A stretch of DNA of 61,233 nt from Candidatus Acidiferrales bacterium (GTDB lineage: Bacteria; Acidobacteriota; Terriglobia; Acidiferrales; UBA7541), in the NCBI GenBank assembly GCA_035272605.1, contig DATEQM010000016.1:1-61233 (forward strand), in the 5' to 3' direction. This document shows positions 1 through 7,434 of this stretch, in pieces. The first letter of the stretch is position 1; the number at the start of each line of letters is the position of its first letter. The notes under the pieces are model-generated. The model was not told where the DNA came from. It worked only from the letters and a program-made list of their open reading frames with translations, and made no database searches. The translations under genes were made by a program, and so were the position numbers.

Positions 1-290
1 GACCAACCTCTCAAAGCCGTGTGACCAGCCTTACCGAGCGCATGTCGTGTACAGCGATAGTTTGTTGTCGCGAGGGGTCATTTGTGAGTGCACAGAAGCA
101 GATTCCGCCCGAGGTTAGGCGAAGCCCGGAAGTTTGGGGAAAGCTTCGCTAGAGAACGCGGTGTCCGTGTACCCGCCGTGTACCTCAGTTGGGCGTTCGT
201 GACGTTTTTGCCGCTTGTCGCGGAACCTAGAATCAGTAAGTTACGCCGAATGAATGGTAGGATTGGGTTCGAATCCCACCCTCTCCGCCA
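1..290 (+). ncRNA. ssrA: tmRNA (ssrA), 3' portion; the 5' end lies outside the window
   Basis: Ends in a tRNA-like T-arm plus acceptor 3' strand, gggttcgaatccc-a-ccctctcc-g-cca (264-290). U70-C71-C72 fits a G3:U70 alanine-identity acceptor. No complementary 5' acceptor strand (ggRgagg) occurs in 1-260, so this is not a normal tRNA. Segment ~232-262 (taagttacgccgaatgaatggtaggat) resembles, from memory, the stretch preceding the T-arm in E. coli tmRNA. No tag ORF identified; the discriminator is G rather than the usual A. Confidence 0.5.
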
Positions 291-635
291 GTTTGATGTT
301 ATTTCCGGACTCGAAAGCGGGTAGCCTGGGTCTTTTTTCTGTGGCTCGCTGCGCTCACCAGGCGGGCTCCTGGGTTCCCCGCTGCGGCGGGCACCCTCTC
401 CGCCAGATTGAAACTATTGCCGGAATCGAAAGCGGGTGGCCTGGGGCATTTTTCTGTGGCTCGCTGCGCTCACTGGGCGGGCTCGTGGGTTCCCCGCCAC
501 GGCGGGCACCCTCTCAGCCAGTTTGATGTTATTTCCGGACTCGAAAGCGGGTAGCCTGGGTCTTTTTTCTGTGGCTCGCTGCGCTCACCGGGCGGCCTCG
601 TGGGTTCCCCGCCACGGCGGACACGCTCGCCGCCA
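291..635. repeat. Three tandem 115-bp repeats (291-405, 406-520, 521-635), each ending in a copy of the tmRNA 3' terminus (caccctctccgcca or a variant)
   Basis: Direct reading: the terminal 'cca' recurs at 290, 405, 520 and 635, an exact 115-bp period. Units 1 and 3 are nearly identical in their 5' halves (gtttgatgttatttccggactcgaaagcgggtagcctgggtcttttttctgtggctcgctgcgctcacc); unit 2 is diverged. The ORF track shows the same peptide (MLFPDSKAGSLGLFSVARCAH) twice as a consequence. Confidence 0.92.
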
Positions 636-1161
636 GTTCCATCGCCCTTAGAGACGGAACCCCGACAAATTGTAAATCCCTAATTCGACTGTGTTTGCTC
701 GCGTAACAGCTTGGCAGCGGCGGGCGAGTGCAAGCTGAAAATTCCCCTTGATCCAAAGCTGCCGGACTCGGCCGCGTCGCTCACATGGGGGTGTGACCTT
801 CATCACCGCGCGACATGTGCCTGCATGGTACTTGAGGAAGTGGTTTGGCGGCGATTATGTTGGACGCTTCGGATAGTCCAGACGCGTCGCTCCGTGTCAG
901 ATTCGGGCGGAGTGCCGCAGTCAAGAGCACTAACCAGTGGACGCTGCGAATGCATCCGCGTCCAACCTACGGTGTTGCCTTCCCCTTCCTGGCTTCCGCC
1001 CTTACGACGAGCACCCGCGAGCCACAAAGCCCCCCGGCCAGAACATTCCCGGTGCATTCGTTCGCGGCGTGCGGCCAGCCGACTACGTGTGATCTAGGCC
1101 AAGATTGTCTGGAGGCTCGCAACACTCTCTTTGGGCTCAACTTTCGGGAGAGGAGATCCCT

Positions 1162-3201
1162 ATGAAGATTCGAACCATTATGCTTGTCCTCGTCCTGCTC
1201 CCCATTCTTGTGGGGGGAGGATTCGTGCTGGCACACCAGCCAATGAACGCTCCCGTAGTGGGCATTCTGGGAGCGGTGATGATCTGGCTGGCGTACAGCG
1301 GTTACGCGCGGTGGATTGACAGCAACGTCATCGAGCCAGACGCGAAGAAAGCCACGCCGGCGAAAATGTACATGGACGGAGTGGACTTCATGCCCACGGG
1401 CAAGAACATTCTCTACGGCTATCACTTCAAGTCCATCGCCGCTGCGGGGCCCATCGTGGGGCCCATCGTTGCAGTGACTCTGTGGGGCTGGCTGCCATCG
1501 CTCATCTGGCTCACCTTGGGGGTCACTTTCCTGGGCTGGGCGAGCGATTACTCGGCCATTATGGTGGCGGTCCGCAACGATGGGAGGTCGCTCTCGGCCA
1601 TCGCGCACCACCTGATCGCGCCTCGCGCGCGGACCATCCTGTTTGTGTTCATCTTCTTCTACCTGTTGCTGCTGGCCGGGGCCTTTGTGGGCATCATGGC
1701 CGGCATTTTCGACCCGCGGGCAGACGTGCCGTTCGGCATCTTCATGCTGGCGATAATGGGCTTGCTCATGGGTCAAATGCTCTACCGCTGGAAGATGGAT
1801 CTGATTCTGGTGACGTTGCTGGCCGTGGGCGTGACTCTGGGCTCCATGGCGATTGGCGCCATGGGTATCACTTCTGCAAAGGGAACCACGCCGGATGGGA
1901 AGCCTGCCACCGCGCTGGTTTTTGCCGGACCAATCAACTCGATTGTGAACAAGCTCGATGACGGGGTCAACGACCTGAGCGGCGGGCGCGCTCTCTACAC
2001 CGTGGTGGACCCCACCAAGTCCGACCCGCGGCTTGGAGTTCAGACGATTACCAGCCAGGGGCAAGTGGTGCCGAAATACAGGGACCCGAGCGGCGCCATC
2101 AAAATGCTCCCCTCTTTCCTGTTCTGGTGTTTTTTCATTTTTGCCTTCTCCTACCTGGGCACGGTATTGCCGATTTGGCGTTTTGCCCAGCCGACCAACT
2201 ACATCGGGTTCTGGGTCACGTTCCTCACCATTGGGTTTTCCGCGCTGGGCGCTGTTATCGGCGGCCTCCGCGGCCTATTTGGGAATGCGGAAATGTGGAA
2301 CGCGGTGACTTTCCATTCGGCGGCCTTCCTGAGCTGGATGCCCACGACGAAGGCTGCGGGCCAGGCCTGGCCGGCGATTCAACCCATCTGGCCGATGCTG
2401 TTCGTGACCATCGCCTGCGGCGCCATCTCCGGATGGCACTCGCTGGTGGGCTCGATTGGAACGGCGCGGCAGCTGGAGTATGAAACCGATGCGCTGCCGG
2501 TGGGCGGCGGTGGCATGTTCTCGGAAAACGCACTGGCGCTGCTTTCTCTGGTGGCGGTCTGCATCGCGGGCGGCACCGGAGCAGGCGCTTTCGCGGGTGG
2601 CGTGGGCAAACTGCTCGGATTGGCCACCTTCGGTGGGATCCCACCGGCCTACGGGGCCGCGCTGGGATTCGGAGTATTCGTGGTGATCGTGCTCACCATG
2701 GTGCAGCTCGTGTTCCGGGTAATGCGCGTGACCCTGGGCGAATGGCTGGGCGATGCCTGGGTGGGATTCAAGAACGCGCACGTTGCGGCCATCCTTTCCA
2801 TGGCCCTCACGCTGCTACTGGTGTTGAGCGGCACGTGGATCTACCTGTGGCAACTGTTCGGCGCCTCGAACCAACTGATGGCGGCGCTGGGACTTCTGAT
2901 CGTCTGCCTGTGGCTGCGGGCTGAAGGGCGCAACCCGCGTTACGCGTTCTGGCCCATGCTGTTCATGTACGTGACGACCATGGCGGCCATCCTGGTGACG
3001 GCATACAACCTGTACGCCAGCATCCTGACGAATCCGGCGATTGCCGCCGAACCGGTGAACTATATCGGAGCGATCGCCATGATCATCGTGGCGCTGCTGT
3101 TGTTCGCCGCGGCAATGGTGATCGCCTATGACGCATGGCACGCCTGGCACCGGCCGAAGCAACTTGCGGCGCCCGTACCCATGCGTGCCGCGGCCGACTA
3201 G
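1162..3201 (+). CDS. cstA: Carbon starvation protein A (CstA family peptide/pyruvate transporter)
   Basis: Polytopic membrane ORF with the CstA signature GYHFKSIAAAGPIVGPIVA. ATG at 1162 is preceded by the RBS gggagaggag. The upstream part of ORF 1105..3201 is unlikely to be coding. Confidence 0.9.
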   Translation: MKIRTIMLVLVLLPILVGGGFVLAHQPMNAPVVGILGAVMIWLAYSGYARWIDSNVIEPDAKKATPAKMYMDGVDFMPTGKNILYGYHFKSIAAAGPIVGPIVAVTLWGWLPSLIWLTLGVTFLGWASDYSAIMVAVRNDGRSLSAIAHHLIAPRARTILFVFIFFYLLLLAGAFVGIMAGIFDPRADVPFGIFMLAIMGLLMGQMLYRWKMDLILVTLLAVGVTLGSMAIGAMGITSAKGTTPDGKPATALVFAGPINSIVNKLDDGVNDLSGGRALYTVVDPTKSDPRLGVQTITSQGQVVPKYRDPSGAIKMLPSFLFWCFFIFAFSYLGTVLPIWRFAQPTNYIGFWVTFLTIGFSALGAVIGGLRGLFGNAEMWNAVTFHSAAFLSWMPTTKAAGQAWPAIQPIWPMLFVTIACGAISGWHSLVGSIGTARQLEYETDALPVGGGGMFSENALALLSLVAVCIAGGTGAGAFAGGVGKLLGLATFGGIPPAYGAALGFGVFVVIVLTMVQLVFRVMRVTLGEWLGDAWVGFKNAHVAAILSMALTLLLVLSGTWIYLWQLFGASNQLMAALGLLIVCLWLRAEGRNPRYAFWPMLFMYVTTMAAILVTAYNLYASILTNPAIAAEPVNYIGAIAMIIVALLLFAAAMVIAYDAWHAWHRPKQLAAPVPMRAAAD

Positions 3202-3214
3202 GCAAGAACTCTGG

Positions 3215-3242
3215 CGGGGCGGCGGGCTCGCCGGCCGCCCCG
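3215..3242. terminator. GC-rich hairpin between convergent cstA and the 3248-3892 gene
   Basis: cggggcggc-(10 nt)-gccgccccg, a perfect 9-bp stem in the 46-bp convergent gap. No clear U-tract. Confidence 0.45.
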
Positions 3243-3247
3243 AGGCC

Positions 3248-3892
3248 TCACAGGCACTCGGTAATACGCAGCAGGGTTTGGAAGACCTCAGAAGAAGGGT
3301 GTGTGCGGAGATGGCTAAGCAGCCACTGCACCTCGAACTCTGGCTCCGCGCGGCGCACGGAAAGCCGCACCAGCGGACACCCGGGCAATTCCGCCGCCTG
3401 CAGCGCCTGGGCGGCGGCCGGGGAGTGGCCAGGGGCATAGGCCACCAGCGGCTCAGGGACGGGAAACGGGGTCCACTGTTCCTCGCGGCAACGGTGTTCC
3501 ACACCACGCGCAGACCACGCACGCGGATCCAGAATTTCGAATTGCACCCGAGGCCGGTTACCCAGCGTACCCCGGAAAATGAACAAATCGCGCCGGCCGC
3601 GCCATCGGGCCAGCGCCCACAGCGGAGCGACGTCGCGCGGCTCGAGAACCAGCATCACGACGGCTTGTCGGAACGGCCCTTTGGCGTTTGGGACCTTCAA
3701 TTCCACAACCGAGCTGCCCAGCCAGTGCAAAGTCGTTTTCTCGCCGATCAGAGGAAGGCCGTCCTGCAGCCAGCGCATCCAGGCGTGCCCTTTGCGGACG
3801 TTTATCTGCGTGCCGGCGGCAAACCAACCGACCACCAGCAGAACCACAAAGATGAACACAATGAGATTCGGGGACATGGAACCGCCGCGCAT
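3248..3892 (-). CDS. Hypothetical single-pass membrane-anchored protein
   Basis: 214-aa ORF with N-terminal hydrophobic helix NLIVFIFVVLLVVGWFAAG followed by a soluble domain; no family recognised. Start may be the downstream Met (MSPNL, 3877). Divergent from the small-protein/ArsA-like cassette with only ~30 bp between starts. Confidence 0.5.
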   Translation of the reverse strand: MRGGSMSPNLIVFIFVVLLVVGWFAAGTQINVRKGHAWMRWLQDGLPLIGEKTTLHWLGSSVVELKVPNAKGPFRQAVVMLVLEPRDVAPLWALARWRGRRDLFIFRGTLGNRPRVQFEILDPRAWSARGVEHRCREEQWTPFPVPEPLVAYAPGHSPAAAQALQAAELPGCPLVRLSVRRAEPEFEVQWLLSHLRTHPSSEVFQTLLRITECL

Positions 3893-3922
3893 CCCGGTCC
3901 GGGAGCGCAGAAACTATATTAC

Positions 3923-4249
3923 ATGTCGCGCCACGCTGCACCCGGGGGCCTCGCCGGCGGGGATCGAGGGAACCGGTCGAAACGCGGCTGGCTCCGGGCG
4001 GTCCGGGAGTTTCTCTACGGGCTGACGGGGTACGAGTTCGAGCGCCAGGCGCTGGAGTTACGGGGCGAGCTGGAGTCCGCCTTCATGCTGATCACCCTGG
4101 GAGACATGCTGGGTGTCCCGGTGGTTCCTCCGTTGTATTCGCTGCGGATCCTGCCGTATGTGGTGCCCCAGATCGCTACCTGGAAACGGCGGGTGATGCA
4201 GGAACGAGACCTGGCAGACAAAGAGGAGTTCCATTTGCACGGCGTTTGA
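3923..4249 (+). CDS. Small protein, paralog 1 of the 4323-4616 product (polar N-terminus, conserved hydrophobic C-terminal core)
   Basis: C-terminal part of ORF 3128..4249; ATG at 3923. Core FMLITLGDMLGVPVVPPLYSLRILPYVVPQIATWKRRVM aligns almost residue-for-residue with LFILITMGDLLGIPILPPYYSLRLLPYVVPNIATWKRRML in the next gene. No family name recognised. Confidence 0.6.
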   Translation: MSRHAAPGGLAGGDRGNRSKRGWLRAVREFLYGLTGYEFERQALELRGELESAFMLITLGDMLGVPVVPPLYSLRILPYVVPQIATWKRRVMQERDLADKEEFHLHGV

Positions 4250-4322
4250 CAGACCCAGGAAGACCGGCCGCGAGGCCGCGCGGGAGTTCGCGGAGCTCCA
4301 GCCTTCGAACGGGAGAACACGT

Positions 4323-4616
4323 ATGGCGAAAAAAGTGAAAACGGTAAAAAAAGCGAAAGAGGAGAAGGAAGGATTTTTCGGCAAGCTCAAGGAAATCGCG
4401 TACGGGATGAGCGCGCACGACATGTCCCGCTACGCCCTGCGCACGCGGGCCAGTATGGAGCACCTGTTCATCCTGATCACCATGGGCGACCTGCTGGGCA
4501 TTCCCATCCTGCCGCCGTACTACTCGCTGCGTCTGTTGCCGTACGTGGTGCCCAATATCGCCACCTGGAAGCGGCGCATGTTGCGGGAGAAGGATGTGTC
4601 CGACGCCATGTTCTGA
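4323..4616 (+). CDS. Small protein, paralog 2 (Lys/Glu-rich N-terminus, conserved hydrophobic C-terminal core)
   Basis: 97-aa ORF starting with ATG, preceded by gggagaac. Paralogous to 3923-4249 (see that entry). Confidence 0.7.
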   Translation: MAKKVKTVKKAKEEKEGFFGKLKEIAYGMSAHDMSRYALRTRASMEHLFILITMGDLLGIPILPPYYSLRLLPYVVPNIATWKRRMLREKDVSDAMF

Positions 4617-4670
4617 GGTCCGGAGCGTCCCGGCAGAGGGTGCTGGAAGACCGTAGAGAAAGGAAACGTC

Positions 4671-5654
4671 ATGTTACTGCGAGAAGCCTTTGAGAAAGAT
4701 AACGAAAGAAAGTACATCATGTTCGGCGGCAAGGGCGGCCTGGGAAAGACCACCTTCTCCGCGGCCACGGCCTTCTGGCTGGCCCAGCAGGGCCACAAGG
4801 TGCTGCTGTTTTCAGTGGACCCGCAGGCTTCGCTGAGCGACATCTTCAAACAGGACATCTTCGGCAAGGGCGCCGTGAAGATCATGGAAAATCTCTACGC
4901 CCAGGAAATTGACGCCGACAGCCATATCCGCCGCTACCAGGATGAGATCCGCAAGAAGATTCGCGACATGTACGGGATCGACGAGGTGCCGGAAGAGATC
5001 GAACACTACATCCAGGCGGCTTCGGCGGAGCCGGCCATGGAGGAATCGGCCATCTTCGATGCCGTGGTGGACATCGTGGTGGGCGGGGACTACGACTTTT
5101 ATATCTACGACCTCGTGCCGCTGGGCCACGCCCTCTATTACCTCTCCATGGCCAAGGTGTACGACGAATGGATCAACCGCATCACCAAACTGCGCCACGA
5201 AATGCGCGAGCAGGAAGTGATGGTGGCGCGCATCAAGCGCGAGAAGGTCACGGAAGAAGACCAGATTCTCACCGAGCTGGAGTACATCAAGAACCGCATC
5301 AATCAGTCATCGAACATCCTGACCGACCGGAAGAAGACGGCGTTTTACTTCGTGGTGGTTCCCGAAGAGATGATCATTCTGGACACGGCGAAGGCGGCGC
5401 AACTCTTCGCCAAGTTCGACGTGCCACTGGCGGGTTACATAGTCAACCGCGTGCTCCCCGCAGATCTGGCGGGTCAGAACATCCCCCCCTACCTCCAGAA
5501 CCGCCTGAAGATGCAGAACCGCTATCTCGAAGAGATCGACAAGACCTTCGGTGCCCAGGTGGTCGGACGCGTGCCGGAACTGGAACGGGACGTTACCGGA
5601 CTGCCCATGATCGAAAAGCTGGCCGGGATCATGTTCGGCAACGGGAAAGCGTGA
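4671..5654 (+). CDS. ArsA/GET3/TRC40-family P-loop ATPase, cysteine-free, degenerate switch II
   Basis: Deviant Walker A FGGKGGLGKTT, then the ArsA-type VDPQASLSD (canonical DPAHSL). The switch II region reads YDLVPLGH where the canonical form is DTAPTGH. The 327 aa contain no Cys. Confidence 0.85.
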   Translation: MLLREAFEKDNERKYIMFGGKGGLGKTTFSAATAFWLAQQGHKVLLFSVDPQASLSDIFKQDIFGKGAVKIMENLYAQEIDADSHIRRYQDEIRKKIRDMYGIDEVPEEIEHYIQAASAEPAMEESAIFDAVVDIVVGGDYDFYIYDLVPLGHALYYLSMAKVYDEWINRITKLRHEMREQEVMVARIKREKVTEEDQILTELEYIKNRINQSSNILTDRKKTAFYFVVVPEEMIILDTAKAAQLFAKFDVPLAGYIVNRVLPADLAGQNIPPYLQNRLKMQNRYLEEIDKTFGAQVVGRVPELERDVTGLPMIEKLAGIMFGNGKA

Positions 5655-5660
5655 ATAGCC

Positions 5661-6674
5661 ATGAATGAGATCAAAGAATCCATGAACAATTACATCGCCG
5701 CGCACCCCAAGCTGAAGTTCCTGTTCTGCGGCGGCAAGGGCGGGGTGGGCAAGACGGTGATGGCGGGCGTGACCGCTCTGCACCTGGCGCAGGAGGGAAG
5801 ACGGACGCTGCTGGCCTCCACCAATCCCGTGCACAGCCTGAGCGGGCTGCTGGACCAGAACGTGTACGGCCAGCCGACGGCGGTCAAGGGCGTGCCGAAT
5901 CTCTGGGCCTACGAGATTGACACCAAGGAAACCATCGAACGCTCCAAGAAGGACATCAAGGAGAAGATCCGCTGGTTCCTGAAGTTCGCCGAGATCTCCA
6001 CGCAAGCGGATTCGTTTGTGGAGAGCGCCACCATGAACCCCGCGTTCGAAGAATCCGCCATGTTCGAGAACATGGTGGATTTGATGTTCAAAAACGAATA
6101 CGACGTCTACGTTTTCGACACCGCGCCCACGGCCAATGCCCGGCGCCTGCTGGGCATGAGCAAGGTGTATTCCCTCTGGGTCAACAAGATGGTGGAGTCG
6201 CGAAAAGAGGCGCAAACCCTTCGCGAGCTTCTCTCCTTCACGAAGAAAAAAGAGGAAGACCCGCTGATGAAATACCTGCTCACGTTCCGGGACCGCATCG
6301 GGCGCGCGCGCGAGCTGCTGACCGACCCGGAGCTGACCGCCTTCTTTTTCGTCACCCTGCCGGAGGCGCTGCCGATTGCCGTGATCAAGCGCTTCATCCA
6401 GTGGTTCCATGATTTCGGGATCCCCGTTGGCGGCGTAGTGGTGAACATGGTGATTCAGAAGGACCAGGTGCGGGCCGATTCGCCCGAATTCATCAAGAAC
6501 CGTGTGGCCATGCAGGATTCCTACATGCAGGAAATCTTCCGCGACTTCGACAACGTGCGGGCCGTCATTCCCCTGCTGGACAACGAAGTGCGCGGCGTGG
6601 AATCCCTCAAGAAGATGGCGCAGTACGCCTTCCCCGCCGCCGCGGAGCTGGCCGGGGCCAGGGGACCGCGCTGA
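5661..6674 (+). CDS. ArsA/GET3/TRC40-family P-loop ATPase (second paralog)
   Basis: CGGKGGVGKTV Walker A, STNPVHSLS, and switch II FDTAPTANARRLL. The only Cys sits just before the P-loop. Starts 6 bp after the previous ATPase stop. Confidence 0.85.
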   Translation: MNEIKESMNNYIAAHPKLKFLFCGGKGGVGKTVMAGVTALHLAQEGRRTLLASTNPVHSLSGLLDQNVYGQPTAVKGVPNLWAYEIDTKETIERSKKDIKEKIRWFLKFAEISTQADSFVESATMNPAFEESAMFENMVDLMFKNEYDVYVFDTAPTANARRLLGMSKVYSLWVNKMVESRKEAQTLRELLSFTKKKEEDPLMKYLLTFRDRIGRARELLTDPELTAFFFVTLPEALPIAVIKRFIQWFHDFGIPVGGVVVNMVIQKDQVRADSPEFIKNRVAMQDSYMQEIFRDFDNVRAVIPLLDNEVRGVESLKKMAQYAFPAAAELAGARGPR

Positions 6675-6892
6675 ATGAATCGCGGCCGCCCGTCTCGCTA
6701 GGCCGTACAAGGGAACCGCGCTTAACACGTCTGTTCCTTTCCGGAGTCGCGCACCGGCCGAGCGGTCATGGAGAAAGGCCCTGTTCCAACCGGAAACGCG
6801 CTGTTCCGCGCTGCAACCTCCCATTCCTGTCCTGAATTGAAACATTCCGCCTAACCGCCTGTGGATTCAACCATTCGCCCGGCTGGGTGGAA

Positions 6893-6908
6893 CGGCATGC
6901 GGCTTGCA
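6893..6908 (+). promoter_or_regulatory. Candidate sigma54 (-24/-12) promoter
   Basis: cGGCATG-cggc-TTGCA against the consensus TGGCACG-N4-TTGCW, with correct GG-to-GC spacing (GG 6894-95, GC 6906-07). Lies ~23 nt upstream of ATG 6931, with a ggag RBS in between. A sigma54-dependent activator is encoded two genes downstream. Confidence 0.55.
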
Positions 6909-6930
6909 CTCTGATGTGCCGGAGTCCAAC

Positions 6931-7278
6931 ATGGAAAACCAACTCTCGGTTTATCGCGTGGAGATATCAGGCTGGGACCTCAATGAGCAGTTCTTCGTGG
7001 AACGCGCCGCGCTGGAGTGGAGCATCGGCGAGCAGAAGACGGTACTGATCCACCGGCGAGCTCGTCAGGGTGCGCTCTTGTTCATTCGCCTGCTCGAAAA
7101 TTCCGCTCCTTCGCGCACGTTTCCCGTGGCCTACCGGGTGCGGGAGATTCGCGAGCGGGAGGACGGAAGTGGCTATGAACTGATCCTCAGTCAGGTGTGG
7201 CCTGCTCCGGAAGGGCAGAACCCCGGGGGAACGGCCCTGTTCGATGCCGCGTGCGGCCGAAGTCTGGGTTTGAACTAG
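6931..7278 (+). CDS. Hypothetical protein, degenerate PilZ-like paralog of the 8952-9356 product
   Basis: VEISGWDLNEQFFVERAALEWSIGEQ aligns with VEVYGFDRQGHYFTERTVTLNVSSGG of the downstream PilZ protein, but lacks the RxxxR motif and has EWSIGEQ in place of NxSxxG. Confidence 0.55.
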   Translation: MENQLSVYRVEISGWDLNEQFFVERAALEWSIGEQKTVLIHRRARQGALLFIRLLENSAPSRTFPVAYRVREIREREDGSGYELILSQVWPAPEGQNPGGTALFDAACGRSLGLN

Positions 7279-7434
7279 GAGGTGCGGCGCTCCGCCTAAA
7301 CCCTGCCCTCTTGCCGCCCCACGATAACCGAATCAACTTCAAAATTGCCCCGCCGCGCATTCCGCAAAATCCACCGCCGGCCGATTGAAGGTTCGCGGCC
7401 CTCCGCCGATATAGGTGGAGAGAGGTACGAAGAA

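Noticed and set aside
215-290. Canonical tRNA, or tRNA-Sec given the G discriminator and a possible 8-bp acceptor, ending at the CCA at 290
   Set aside because: No 5' acceptor strand complementary to (c)cctctcc exists within 100 nt upstream, and there is no anticodon arm with a TCA loop. The T-arm/acceptor is better explained as the tRNA-like domain of a tmRNA whose 5' end lies outside the window.
254-756. ORFs 254..526, 436..651 and 529..756 across the tandem repeats; also a possible CRISPR array
   Set aside because: The repeated peptides are a by-product of the 115-bp DNA repeat, with no RBS. The units abut directly with no unique spacers and are far longer than CRISPR repeats.
3128-4249. 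The 373-aa ORF taken as one gene
   Set aside because: Its first ~265 codons are antisense to the better-supported minus-strand membrane protein and have an Arg/Pro-rich shadow composition. Only the last 108 codons align with the paralog at 4323-4616.
4671-6674. Annotating the two ATPases as the arsenite-pump ATPase ArsA
   Set aside because: There are no metalloid-binding cysteines (the first protein has none at all). These are two separate half-size genes rather than a fused A1-A2 ArsA, and no arsR/B/C/D lies in the neighbourhood.
5307-6845. The 512-aa minus-strand ORF, and similar long antisense ORFs (967..2064, 7567..8862, 19512..20798, 21404..23197, 30517..31656, 37260..38954, 45520..46605, 49329..50444, 54298..55848)
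   Set aside because: Each lies opposite a gene with clear family motifs. None shows a recognisable domain, and all have the Arg/His/Gly/Pro bias of antisense frames in high-GC DNA.
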